DNA of 64,000 nt from Chiloscyllium plagiosum (Eukaryota): positions 5,306,177 to 5,370,176 of the forward strand of contig NC_057720.1 of assembly GCF_004010195.1 (NCBI RefSeq), given 5' to 3'. Positions 37,913 to 51,640 of this stretch are shown piece after piece. The first letter of the stretch is position 1, and each line of letters starts with the position of its first letter. A program made the translations under genes and the position numbers. Under the pieces are notes generated by a model. That model was given only the letters and a program-made list of their open reading frames with translations, was not told the DNA's origin and ran no database searches.

Positions 37913-40900
37913 TACTTACTTTCGCCTGATGAGATGCTGGAGGAGAGAGTAGCATTTTAACAAGGTAAAGAACATCCATTGTGTAATGCCAGATGGCTTA
38001 ATCTTTACTGTTGCTTGCTGCTTTCTGATTGTAATGTTCACCCAATCAATATAGATGTTGCCTTATTTGGATGCTGCTTCCAGTAAGTGATGATACAATT
38101 CTTCAAGAATCTGCTGTTCTTTGTGTACATGGGTGATTGCTCTCTCTCCATGGCTCAGAATAAAGGTAAAGAAGGTAGAGTCATACTGTATCTGAGTGTT
38201 TGCTTTGACTGAAATGGGGATACGGAAACTGCATGACAATCTTGAACATACACTGAACTGAATTTGAATGCTGTGCTTTCAGATGATGTTACCAAGAAGC
38301 AGCATGTAAGTGGAAAGAGGGATCACCAGATTCGGGATTGTGAAAATAGCAAGTTCACTTGATCCTCTGGTTAAATAAGAACAGAACCAAATGACAACAC
38401 TACTCTAATGGGTGATAGTTGGAGGACAAAGGTGCAGTCAATTGGTAAAGATTAATTTTAGCTTGAGCATGATAAGAGGTTCATTGTCAAATTATGCCAC
38501 AGGATTTTCCAAGTCCATCTCAACAGTGAATATAGGCATCAATTTAACAACCAAAAGATAACACTTATAACAATCCAGAGATCCTTCTACATTTAGTGAA
38601 GTATCCACCTTGATCAAAACTGCCCAAGAGATGTCCAAGTCAGGAGGCAGTACTGCTAGCTGATTCAAGTTCACACTGTGACTCAATTGATCTACACTAA
38701 TAATCTCTTTACCTCTGCATACAGTGAACAATGAGAACTAAGTCTTCTACGTTAACTTTTCTAAAAACCAGTACTGTATACTAGCCCATTCGTCTGAATA
38801 AAACAGCTGTTTGATTTCTTTCCTCCAAAGTTTTCATTCAACACCTTGCAGTCATCGGCTCAAATTAAGTACCATCTGGAGAGGTCCATCATCATGCAAC
38901 AGAAGCTTTTGCAATAATATATCACAACTCTGAAATGTAGTGTTGCAGCTTTACACACACTACAGGTACTTAGGACAGAAGTCAGCTTTATCTGCTCTGA
39001 GAGCACTGACACTAGGGCTTTAGTTTCCAGCTGCTACCTACTATAACCTTGGCCCACTATTAAATTAGAATTAGCTGAGCATTGTAGCACAGTAATAGCA
39101 TTCTTACCTCGGGGCTAGATGTTCTGGGTTCAAATCTAACTTGCCTCAGGAGTTGAGGTAACATGCTCGACTAGGGTGATTTAAAATAATTAAACTAGAA
39201 TTAGTCTGAACCAAAGAAAGTTGAAGCAGATTAAATTTCTCATGCAGAAGTGTTACTCAGTGCACTATTCAGTTATTTCAGATAGAATAGGAGTAGCCAA
39301 AAAGAACAGCCTAAATGTATTCAAGTGGAAGCTAGGTAAAAGTGATGGAGAAATGGCATTGAATGTTGCACTGGTAGGATGAAAAAAAGGATGGTAGGAG
39401 GTTCATGCATGGCTTAAATGCTAGCATATAACACTGCTGATAAACAGCTTTCTTTGTTGTACACAGATTGAAAAAGTCACAAATCCTTTGACGACCCTTA
39501 ACAAATAAGTTACAACAAGTGTTCTTTAACAGTTTAATTGTTGCAGCAACATGAACAAATGACCAATAACCAACAAATAAAGCATATGCATACTGACAAT
39601 TAGAAGAGAAATTAAGAGCAATTACGTCAAACCTTGCAAAGCTTATAATTATGCTTATCCTCTGACGGATATCTGATGACATGTCCCTATGTTCAATGAC
39701 AAACAGGATACCACACAGACCCTGAAAACAGCACAGATTATCAGAATAAGAGGGGTTCAGTACTCTAATAACTGCAAAATTAAGATAAAATTAATTGATG
39801 AAATTGGTTGGATTTTGCCTGAGTGTATTTTAATTGCATTTCCTAGGGATAGGATAGCAATACTTTATTATTTGACATTGCACCCTGAAGAAATGGTTAG
39901 AGAAAATTTATCAACAGGTGTTAAACATCACACTACAGGCAGCTAAGTTCAACAAGGCAATTAAATTTTCCACTGCTGGGACTCACTGCTGCAGTTTTCC
40001 AAACATGACATTTCTGATCCATACTTGCCAAGGTCATAGAGATGTACAGCATGGAAACAGACCCTTCAGTCCAACCCATCCATACAGACCAGATATCCCA
40101 ACCTAATCTCGGTCACCCCTCAACCTCAGTTAGCAGTCTTGAGCCAGCGTGGTGGTCTTGACCTGGCATGACTGCAGTCTTCGACAAGAGGCTTCTGGCC
40201 CAGTATTCCAGTGTGGCTGTCTCGTCCCGCAGTGGCGTTCCCAACCCACTATGTTCAGGGTATACTACTGCTCCTTAATCAGCTTTCCTGAATCCTGGAG
40301 CCATTAACTGAACTTTGAACTTTGTCTTAATTTTACTTTTTTAAAAATTACATATGACATTTGTCAATAATGTAGGTGCCGTGGTGTGGTGACTTCAAAT
40401 GTTTCACTGTATTTTTCATGTAAACATATATGAGACATTAAATTTCTATTCCATTACTACCAAGCAATGTTACTGTATTTAACTTGGATAGTAATCACTT
40501 ACTTTTCATATTACTGGCAGTTATTAGTTTTTATAAAGACAAATAATAACGCATTAATTTTAAACTAAAGTTTTTAAATTTGCTTATAAATATTTACTGA
40601 TTGTGCTCATATTTGCAGAGAGTTCTCTTCTTTGGAAGCCTTTTCTTCAGATACATCAAATTCTGAACGGTATGGAGAGAATTGACAGGACCAAAATATT
40701 TCTGTTTGCAAAGATGGAAGTAACTCGAAAACATAAGTCCAAAGTAACATGTAAAGGATTATAGAGGAGTTAAATACAGAACAGTTAAAACAATCTATTT
40801 TATCTAGAGATTCACAAAATCATAGAATTAGGAGGCAGCCATTTGGTCCAGCAAGTCTTCTCTGCCGTTCAATAAAACCAAGGCTAATTTAAATTCACCT

Positions 40901-41899
40901 TAACTCCTCTTTCCTGTCTGGAAGGAGAGGGGTGAGACCTGGAATTCATTGCCTGAGAAGGACAGGACAGAGACCTCATCACATTTAAACAGTACATGGA
41001 TTTGCTCCTGAAATGCGAACCTAAAAGGCTACGGGACGAGTCACGATCAAATCATTTAGCAGCCAACAGGGATGCAATGAGCCAAATGACCTTCTTCTGT
41101 GCCATAAATCTTGATTTCTATGTGCAGAAGTCATAGTTGCCTGTTTTGTGGAGTTTTAATTCCCTGCTTCTGCAGTAACTAGGCAACCTCAAATAGAGGA
41201 ATCCAAATAGAGGAATCAAAACATTCCTCTATACAATGGTCTTCAGCAACGTGGACAACTATTCCCCAAATCACATTCAATGACCTTTTGCTCTGGACAA
41301 ACATTTAAAGTTCTACAGCCCAGTCTTCTACATTTTCTCAAAAGAAATGTTGTGCGTTTGTTAAATGTAATACATTATGGTTTCCAAACTAAGTGGGATT
41401 TGTATAAGTAAGTGACATTATTCTATGTTTTTTTTAAAATAGCCCAATAGTTAATAAAATATTTCTGCACAAAAAACACCCATCAGCTCACACCATGTAT
41501 AGCTCAGCTTCAAACGCCTACAGAGCATTGCACCATGCAAGGGCAAACAATTTGAATTTGTTTTCTAAAATTCCTTTGCCAAGTACCTGGTTAAGGATCT
41601 CATATGTATACTATAATTAAGAAGCAAGATCAAGTCCAGAGTAGCACATTCATTATTCAAACAAGTTTGAAAACAGGGAGGGAGATATTCTCATTAGTAA
41701 ATTTCTTTAAGAGATCCATCAGATCAACTATACCTGGTTAACTTTCTACATCTTTCCACTCAGAAGCTAGTGTTTGACAAATACAAACACAAGTTAGCGT
41801 ACAAACCAGTTGTTATCACCACACCCTCGTACTTCCTTTAACTAGTCCCTTCAGATCAAGGATGACAAGCTTCTACCTTACTTCAACAGGTTCTGAGAT

Positions 41900-43300
41900 G
41901 AATGGCAAGTCTGAAGCATCTTGTGAAGGCAACACTGATGGTACTTTTCCAGGAGTTTTGGGATTTGTTGTAGGTTGCCCAATTCTCCAAAGCCAATAAG
42001 AAAACAAGGATCTCTGTTGCTTGGTACACTGTGAAGTCCTGGTCCTCAAATAATCTTTCCCTCAGTTGGTCAAAACTGTTTCTTTGAAGGTGATGAATTT
42101 TGTTGTCTATGACTGCCTTTGGCACTGACAGAAGGCCCCCAAAACGATACATGTTTTTTAGGATTTTGCTGTTGAGCTTAATTGACAGGAAGGTGCTTTG
42201 CTGTGCAGTTCAGTTTTCTGGGAGTTTTGTAAAAGGGCCATTTTCTTGTGTGCACAGAAAAGGTCAGCAGTGAGCTCAGTTTGAGTGAATGCACATACAA
42301 GCATGATCTACACAGTGAAGTGCTCTGAAAGCTCCTGTCTGGTCTGGAGATTATATCTATGCCTGTGGGTACTGCTAAAGGTGTACTGCTGCAACATAAA
42401 TGCAGAAGTGAGAGTTGATGTAATGACAGCTTCACTTAATGCCAATTTTTTGCTGAAATAGGGTGTATGGCAGTTCTGTTTGCATGCCATTGTGCAGTAG
42501 GTAGAGATGGTGACAAATTTTTGACAGCAGCCACACAGGAAGAGAATGCTTTTAAGTCTTGTGGTTGACCCTATCAAAGGGTTTTAGGAGGTTAAAAAAA
42601 GATCACATAGCAGTTAGTACTATTGCGTGCATGTTTATCCTAAAATTTGCCATACAGTGAAGATAATGCCTGTGATATCTTATGATGGGTGATATCTTTA
42701 CAATTCGAAACAAGTTGCAATGATTTTCCCTGTTGTCTCCCAGCACTTGTCATCCTTTTTAAATGTAGTGATAAGCAGTATTTTGGAACCCCTGGCTGTT
42801 TTTAAAAAGTATTCAGGGGATGTGGGTTTCACTGGCTTGGTCAGCATTTATTGCCCATTTCTAATTGCACTCGAGAAGGTAGCAATGTGCTGACTTGCTC
42901 TGTGCTTTCCCAGGTAAGGGATAGGAGGTTGTGCAGACATGTCAGGAGTGTATGTCGATTGTATTTCAGAATTTCAGTGGAGCTTCCACCTACTCCAGAG
43001 ATTCTGTCAGTTTTCAGTTGTCAAATAGCTTTTCCAACTTCAGTCTGAACGAGCATAATTCAATGATCAAGCCAGATGAGCTAGTGAGGAATGGCACTGA
43101 GGAGGTTTGAATTGAAGAGTCTCACCTAAGCTTTTATTCAAAATGTTCCCTCCAGAAAGAAATGAAGCACTGGTTTACTCCCTCTTCAAACTTTCCTATA
43201 TCCTTTACTCTCAGCAGGATGAATGTTTGAGTGCTTGGGCCATAGCTCACCTTGATAGAAGTGAAGAATTGTATGTTGATGGCAACCATGTGTCATTGGG
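41900..43300 (-). mobile_element. Decayed RTE-clade LINE (RT region)
   Basis: Minus-strand relics: WREHFE; EVGKAI.QLK..SG..G..TEILK; FKKDDK; IL..CGC.QKFVTI; GLLS..AVIDNKIHH..FDQLRERLFEDQD (ORF 41883..42152). It may extend to ~44100. Confidence 0.7.
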
Positions 43301-44789
43301 TCCCACTCATACTTAGACAATAGGTGCAGGAGTAGGCCATTCTGCCCTTCGAGCCTGCACCACCATTCATTATGATCATGGCTGATCATCCTTTCTACAT
43401 ATTATTTATTCTTTGTCATCAGCTTTGTGTTCCACTGTTATTTTTCTCAAGCCATGGTAAAATGTAGTCAATAGAAGTTTTACATTTACCCTTAACTAGG
43501 TCCTGGCAGAGACACAGAGGACTTCTTCAGAGGCGCTTGTCGTTGTGGTCTTGAGGATCAACTAGACAGTAAGGCTGCATGGTAGCTCCTCATGGTTGGA
43601 GGTTTGAGTGGTTGGCAGTGAGACGCTGATTCTTCCCTTAAAAGGTAACCCTGTGTGGACAGCTCTCTGGGGACATCCTCACAATGCCACAAGCAAGACT
43701 TGACTTGTGCCCAGAAAAAGATTTTTCTTTTTTCCCAAGTAGCAACCTTTGAGAAAACCTAAAATCAACATATTTCAAGCTTGGTTTCCTGTACTGCAGC
43801 AGGTCCTGAACTGTGCATCAGCCAACCCAGATCACAAAGATTCCATCAGTGATAAACTTTGCTGCAACATCTGCATTCAATGGATGGACTGCTGAACAAT
43901 TAGTGAAATCTTGAAGTCAATTCCATAAGCATTCAGGTAAACCCTTGCCAATTAACCTAACAGAAATGTGTCAGGATGAGCAAAACAGGTCCTGATTCCC
44001 AATATCATTTGAGAAACATTCCAGGGTTCAACAAAGAAAATACTTCGAGGAGAACATTGGAATGCCTATGAAGTATGGCAGCAATGGTGACTTGTGAATT
44101 ACTGGGATGAGTTTGCTACTAACCATTAAAAATGACAATAACTTATACATCAAGTAAGCTGCATCACACCTTACTAATCAGGCAGAGCAGCAACAGAGAA
44201 GGAAAGATAAGGAAGCAAATTCCACACTCCAAATCGGAGTATCTTGCAGCACATCTTATTGTATCCACTCAAAGATACGTGACTCAAGAATGCGCCAATT
44301 TCAACACGAAGACTCACAGCATAAATGCACTTTGTTCCATTGCAATTTTCCATTAAATTCATGCTCATGTCCAACCTGGAGGAAGTCTTATTTTTAAAAG
44401 TATCAATATTTGCACCTCAGATTCCATGGTGCAGGCAGTTTCCATCTCTACAAACTAATGTCAATCCTGGCTGCAAAAGAGTTTTGGGAAGTTTATACCA
44501 TTCATGACAATTTCTTTTACAAAATAAAGAGGTAACAGTTAGAAATGGTTTAAGTCAATGTAAATTATAAGGTCATCTAATTTAGTAAACTAAGCATTAA
44601 AACTTGGAAAGAGATTACTTTTATATTTTCCCCTTTTACATTACTTCGTACAAGGAAGATGGGCAAAAATCTGTATTCTGTAATCAAAATGCTCAAGATG
44701 AAAATGTTTCCCAACACCCATACCTAAAACGTGACTCGAAACACAGATGGCATATATTTGGCAAATGAGACAGAAAAGTCAGCCAGGAT

Positions 44790-45150
44790 TCAGCTATTAG
44801 CACTCTTGCCTCAAGCTTCACTCCAGGACTTCAGCTCAAAGGTAAAAAAAATCTAATACTCCAATGAAGTATTGAGGGAGAGCTGCATTGTCATATATGT
44901 TGTTCTACAAATGCAATGCCAAACCTCTTCTGCCCTCCAAGATGGACATAAAAAAATGCCATAATATTTATTGAGAATGGTCAATAATCATCCTCAATCA
45001 ACAAAAATTTCTCTGGTCATTACCGTTACTTTGAGGAATTTGCTATGTACAAATTCACTGCCACTTTTCCTTTGTTCTAACAGTGATTACAGTCTAATAA
45101 TACAGGATGGTCATAAAGCATTTTGAGATACCTGGTCTTACAAATGCAAG
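44790..45150 (+). mobile_element. DeuSINE (SacSINE1/AmnSINE1-like)
   Basis: actccaatgaagtattgagggagagctgcattgtc..gatggacataaaaaaatgcc..ctggtcatt..aacagtgattaca..aaagcattttgagatacctg follows the Deu-domain and L2-type tail consensus as I recall it. Confidence 0.7.
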
Positions 45151-45189
45151 CCTTTCAAAATGGCACACAGACAGAGGATAAAGGGCAAT

Positions 45190-45928
45190 TTAGGTAAAGG
45201 GGCAGTACAGAGAGATCTGGGTGTCCCTGTACACCAGTCAATGAAGGCAAGCATGCAGGAACGGCAGGTAGTGAAGGCAGCTAATAGCATGCTGGCCTTC
45301 ATAACAAGAGGAATTGAGTATAGAAGCAAAGAGGTGCTTCTGCAGCTGTACAGGGCCATGGTGAGACCACACCTGGAGTTATGCATGCAGTTCTGGTCTC
45401 CAAGTTTGAGGAAAGACATTCTGGCTATTGAGGGATTGCTGCGTAGGTTCACGAGGTCAATTCCTGGAATGGCGGGATTACCTTACACTGAAAGACTGAA
45501 GCGACTGGGCTTGTATACCCTTGAGTTTAGAAGACTGAGAGGGGATCTGATTGATACGTATAAGATTATGTAAGGATTGGACACTCTGGAGGCAGGAAGC
45601 ATGTTTCTGCTGATGGGTGAGTGCCAAACCAGAGGACACAGCTTAAAAATACAGGGTAGACCATTTAGGACAGAGATGAGGAGAAATTTCTTCAACCAGA
45701 GAGTGGTGGCTGTGTGGAATGCTCTGCCCCAGAGGGCAGTGGAGGCCCAGTCTCTGGATTCATTTAAGAAAGAGTTGGACAGAGCTCTCAAAGATAGTGG
45801 AATCAAGAGTTATGGAGATAAGGCAGGAACAGGATACTCATTAGGAATGATCAGCCATGATCATATTGAATGGCGGTGCAGGCTCGAAGGGCTGAATAGC
45901 CTACTCCTGCACCTATTGTCTATTGTCT
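45190..45928 (+). mobile_element. CR1 3' fragment
   Basis: ORFs 45160..45573 and 45577..45930 (RPHLELCMQFWSP, FFNQRVVAVWNALP); (CTATTGT)n end. Confidence 0.92.
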
Positions 45929-46100
45929 AATACCAAACTACATATAGTAAAGTGGGAGGAAGCACAGGTGAAACATTTTGTCCCCTGTACACTTATTTAA
46001 ATCACACAGGAACAGGAGGAGTCGGATAGTCTATTCATTCCATTGAGCCAGCTCCACCATTTAATGCAATTACAGCTGATCAAGCACTTCAAAGTTCTTT

Positions 46101-46829
46101 GCAATTTTTGATAAGATTTGTAGCTCAGGATGAGGTTCAGGTTGTAAGTTTACTTGCTAAGCTGCAAGGTTTTTTCAGACGTTTCATCACCATGCAAGGT
46201 AACATCAGTGAGCCTCTGGTGAAGCACTGGTGTAATGTTCCACTTTCTATTTGTGTGTCTTGGTCTCTTAAGGTGTGCGACATCATTTCTGGTTCTTTTT
46301 CTCAGAGGTTGGTAAGTGGGATCCGAACTGATGCATTTATTGATGGAGTTCTGGTATGAATGCCAGGCCTTTAGGAATTGCCGTGCAAGTCTTTGTTTAG
46401 TCTGTCCGAGGATGGATGTGTTGTCCCAGTTAAAGTGGTGTTCTTCTTTGTCTGTACGTAAAGATACTAGTGATAATGGATCACATCTTTTGGTGCCTAA
46501 TTTTCTGTGTGCCTGTCTGACGTGGTGTTTGATGCAGTCCTTGCAAAGTATTTTACAAATGACAATCATTTTGCTGGTTGTTCGCATGAGGTCCTTTAGG
46601 TTCATCAACTTCTGTGTAAGTGTTGGTAGGTCTGTGGGCTACCATGATGCCAAGGGGTCGGAGTAGTCGGATAGTCATCTCAGAGATGTCCTTGGTGTAT
46701 GGTAACGTGGCTAGAGTTTCTGGGCGTGTTGTGTCTGCTTGTTTAGGTTTGTTGTTTAGGAATCTGCGGACTGTGTTCATTTGGTATCCGCTGCTCTTCC
46801 ATCTCAGTGAGCAAACTTACAACCTGAAT
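46101..46829 (-). mobile_element. Penelope-like element, truncated, with inverted terminal-repeat fragment and 13-bp TSD
   Basis: ORFs 46553..46780(-) ATLPYTKDISEMTIRLLRPLGI and 46150..46608(-) HHFNWDNTSIL. TSD ttcaaagttcttt (46088-46100) / ttcaaagtccttt (46830-46842). Confidence 0.85.
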
Positions 46830-49281
46830 TTCAAAGTCCTTTTATCCACACTTTCCCCTCACCCTTTGCTGAGCTTCCGGAGCCCTAAGGGGATAGAGAA
46901 CAGTCTTTCAGTTCAGTAATTTGCAGACCCACCGACTCAACACTGGGTTCTGTCAGTGTCTGAGTTGTTTCCACTATGACCATACTTTAAGACTTAAAAA
47001 TTATCACAACTCTTAAGAAAAATCAGAGGGTGAAAAGAGAGAGATACTAAAGAGGACAGCGTTGAAGCTGGGTAAAGGCCAATGAGGAGAGAGATTCAGG
47101 AGTGCAGGGGTGGAGCTGAAAGGTGCCTATGAGTCTCATTTCCTGTTAGAGGTGATGCGTACCTGAATAACTTAGCCAGAGCATACAGCAATCATTGCTG
47201 ACTCATAGCTCAGTTGGGATCAGAATTCCAATTACAGGAAACTCTATGCTATGTAATAAGATTCTCCAGCCTCAGAAGAAATTGTTAGAAAATACAAACA
47301 CACGAGGACTAAAAATCCTCTTAAAAAATGTAATTTCTTCTCTATGTAACTACAACACAGAAATTCAGGCAAAACTTTACAAGTACAGGTGAACTTTGGT
47401 ATGTTTGCTGGTTCAAAAATTTCTATAACCTCTGCAATTATCAGTTCACAGAACCTTCTCCAAATTATCACTTGACAATATTCATTTAATTCTATAATTA
47501 TAAACACATGTTGTTGTACAAAGTTTGTTCCACTTCCTATGCAACAATGGACAATTAATGCTGGAAAACGGATCCTGCCACACAGTACACAGAGAATTTG
47601 GGAGAATATGTAGTCATCATATCACAGTAGCTTACAGCCAACAGTACAACCTCCAAACTGAAATATATCAGTCGTTCCATTTCACAATTATTGAAACTTA
47701 AACTAATGGACATTCACTAAAGTTTTAGGACCTCTAAATCCAAGTTAATGACATTTCATTGAGAAATCCAGAAGATTGAATGTTAATAGTGATTCTATCT
47801 TGTACTTTGCAATTTGGTTATCAGAAATTCAACTTTCATTCAGTGATCAATACAAAAGCCCTTGGACTGTTTCCTCTCCTGTGTATGTTTTGAAGTAGAA
47901 TATCAAAATGCTTTGCATAATTATTACTAACATTTACACACCGACAATGCTGTTTCTTTTGATCTCATCAAATGCTTTGCTGAAAAAAAAACTGTCTTCT
48001 ACTGGAAGCATTTCCTCACCCAAATAGTCACTCTTCAAAATGACCCTGAGCAGTGAGTGCTTGCCATTACACAACAGAGGGCATCATAGCCAGGTCTACA
48101 AATCCTATCTGGCATAATATAGCAATCATGAAAAGTGGTGTGACATAGGAAGTCTGGCAAGGTTACTCCATCCCTAGCCATCAACATTACATTTAGTATT
48201 CCCTGACTAGTCACTAGGTTGATTTCAGTTAATTTTAACAGAGGCTTTGTATTTATTCAGTACTTGGCTATGTACACTAACAGTGAGGGAATTCCAAATA
48301 ATAAAATTATTTCTTGAAGCCAACGGAACAAAATTGAGGAATCCTTCAACCACAACAGGCTTTGTATTATATTCACTAAATATTGCATCCTGGTTGAGTG
48401 AATAATATATTATGCACACTATTCTTTAACATTTTGCTTAATATCTCTAGGATATTTTGCTTTTGCTTTCCTTACATAGGAAATAAGGTGTTAGCAAATA
48501 AAAAACATCAAATTTAAGGGTGTTGGTATAAAGTGAAATATCATGCAAAGAAGTAATTCAAAAGGACAAAAATACAAATAATTGAAGCATAAATCTAGTA
48601 ATCAATGCATGCAGAAAATTATGTGCAAGTCTGATGAAAATCATAAACCTGAAAACTTATTTTCCCTCTCCCAAGATGCTGCCAGATCTGTTGAGTGCTT
48701 CTTGTTTCATGTAGTAACCTGCGTCAACTAAGTGGGAAAGCTTAATAAACATGATGACTGCTTATCGGAATATATTAATCAAGGCGAGAAAAGAAAATAC
48801 TAATAGAATTTAGTGCCCATTCCTATTCAAGTTTCCTCTCCTTTCTACTTTAAGATGTATCTTAAAACTTAAAGCTTTTGGTCATCTGCCTAGGATCTCT
48901 TAGGTGGCTTCACGTCAAATGCTACTATATGACACTCCAGTGAAGCGGTTTTAAATATATTTAAACACAACATTTAAAACATATTATAAATACAGGTGGT
49001 TGTTGGTGGAACCAGTTTTTAAGTACAGTATTAAGAAATACTTTCATATTCCTCTTTCATGACAGTCTTAGTGGCCAGCATACTTTAATGACATTTCATT
49101 CAGAAAGTAGAATCATGCAATTAGTCATTCTAACATGTCAATTACTATGAACGCAAATCATGTTCATTGGGTCTCAGTTTGACAAGCATTTGTAACATTT
49201 TATCATGATTCAAAACTTATATGAATAGAGCACTTACAAAAAAACTGCCCCAAAGTATTTTTTAGTGCTGAGATGAAAAGA

Positions 49282-49420
49282 TGTGGAGGAGTCATTTTTG
49301 GACTGGAGTGGACAATTAAAAATCACACAACACCAGGTTATAGTCCAACAGGTTTATCTAGAAGCTCTCCAAAAGGTAGTGCTTCAAAATAAACCTGTTG
49401 GATTATAACGTGGTGTTGCG
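49282..49420. repeat. Palindromic mini-element of a second PLE-derived family, 13-bp TSD
   Basis: cacacaacaccaggttatagtccaacaggtttat is the inverse of ataaacctgttggattataacgtggtgttgcgtg. tgagatgaaaaga occurs at 49269-49281 and 49421-49433. Confidence 0.82.
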
Positions 49421-49904
49421 TGAGATGAAAAGAGACATTGGGAAGCAGGAGAACATTACAAGTGACAAGATCAAAGGGCTAACTGTTGAGAACGTCAATG
49501 AAAGCGAATGGCCAATCACTATGGAACGATTAAGATCTGAGTGTGATTACATGGTTTAAGTCCTCAATACAGTACCTATTGTAGGAATGGTGTATTGGTT
49601 TGCAATTCTCATTAAATGCCACTCTTAACATCCTACTCTTATCTGCTATTATGTCAGTCCATCTGTGTTAGTACATAACTGTTACATATTTGTACATTTT
49701 AAAACTAATTTTAAAAGCAGATACAACAGCAACATTTAAAAGGCACCTTGTCATACATGAACAGGCAGTGATCAAAGGGAGACACATCAGGTAGGGGCAA
49801 AAAATATTTAGTTTAAAAAGCATTGTGTTGGTGCCGTCTTGATGGGACAAGGGGCCTGTTTCTGTGCTGTTCTTTGCTCATATGTTAACCTCTACATAAA
49901 TATT

Positions 49905-50270
49905 GATGTGGGGGTTCCAGTGTTGTATTGGGGTGGACGAAGTTAAAAATCTCACAACACCAGGTTAAATCCAACCTGCTTTCAGAGCGCTGCTCCTTCA
50001 TCAGGTAGCTAATGGGGCATTAACTGACTACCTACAGTTTGCGTGCTTTCTGAACAAAATAGAACGTATCTGCAAATGCAAATTCATCCCTTAGACTTAT
50101 ATGCACGCTTGTTGTATGAGGGAGGGGGAAAGCGAAGGGGGAAGGGTGTGCGTGGCAGGGAGAGACAGAGGTGTGTATGTGGAGGTGGGAGAGAAGAATG
50201 AGAGTGAGAGCTGTGCGAGAATGCAAGTTTGATAGTGTGTGCGCGACTGTGATGCAGTATATGTGACAAG
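49905..50270 (-). mobile_element. PLE-type 3' end (family 2) with hammerhead motif at 49978-50004
   Basis: The minus strand reads CTGATGA-A-GGAGC-AGC-GCTCT-GAAA-GC; it shares the aaaatc(t/a)cacaacaccagg segment with 49282-49420 and 53785-53910. Confidence 0.65.
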
Positions 50271-50944
50271 GTATGAGCGCTCTCTAAGCATCCACGAACA
50301 TAGGTGGGAGGAGACAGCCAACTGATCTCCTAGTCCACTGCGCCAGCCTGAATGCAGGTAGAACCCCACTTTCCTTTATACACACTCATCCCCAACTGTG
50401 CATTGCCTTGAATATGTTCAATTACTACCTCCATCACTCTCTTAGGATGAGAATTCCAAAAAACTCACCTCAAATAAAAATCCCCTTCTAACCTTTATCT
50501 TTAAACTTTAGCCCCTTGTTCTAGATTCTACTCTGTCAATCCTCCCAGAATCTTATGTTTTAATAAGCTCACCTTTCTCTCCTTTAAAATGCAATGAGTA
50601 TAAGCCCAACATGTCCATCTTTCCTCACAGAAATCAGTCCAATACAGGTACAGCTAGTAAACTATGCAACCTGTTAAGCTTGCTTCATCACTTAACATGA
50701 TCACGGCTGATCAAACACTTGCATAACTTTTACTTTCAATATCCCCATTACTTACACCATTGAAAATCAAAAAAAATGATCAACCTCTGCTTTAAATCTA
50801 ATCAAAGATTGAGCTTCCTCAGTCTGTGAATGAGAAGATCAAAAGTTTTAACTCTGTGAAACAAATTTTCATCTTGGCCCCAATGGCACCAACCAGGGAA
50901 ACATCTTACCTGAATCTACCTTGTCCGTCCTGTGTATTAAATTC

Positions 50945-51640
50945 ACTTGTGTAATGTGGGCACTGCTGGGTGTTCCAGCATTTATTTTCCATCTCTAGTT
51001 GTCCCTGAGGGTGGTGGTGGTGAACTGCCTCTAGTGTTGTAGTCTATGTGCTGTAGATAGACTCACACTGCTATTGGAAAAAGACTTCCAGGATTATGAC
51101 TGAGAGACAGTGAAAGAACAGTGATATATTTCCAAGTCAGGATAGTGAGTGGATTGGAGGGGGATTTGCAGGTGCTGGCGTGCCCATGTCTCTGCTGCCC
51201 TTGTCCTTCAGGATAGAAGTGGTTATGGCTTTGGAAAGTGCTGTTCAAAGACATTTGGCTAATTTCTGCAGTGTCTCTTGTAAATAGTACACACTGCTGC
51301 TAATAAGAGTCAGTGGTGGGGGAATGAATGTTTTTTTTGTGGATATAGTGCCAGTCAAGAGGGCTTCTTTGTCCTGGATGGTGTCAAACTTCTTAGGTGT
51401 TGGTGGAGCTGCACTCATTCAGGTAGTAAGCAGCATTCAATCACACTCCCAATTTGTACATGGCGAGTTTCTGGCCAATTGAACTTTTAGAATGTTGATA
51501 GTGGGGGGATTCAGTGACGGGATTCAGTGACGGTAATGTTATTGAATATCAAAGGGCAGTGGCTAAATTGTGTATTATTGGAAATGGTCATTGCCTAGTA
51601 TTTGTGTGGCTCCAATGTTATTTGCCATTTTTCAGTGAAG
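50945..51640 (-). mobile_element. CR1/L2-group LINE 3' fragment (QDKAARL family)
   Basis: The minus strand encodes APPTPKKFDTIQDK and has the tail SNPLTILTWKYI (ORF 51063..51254). Confidence 0.7.
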
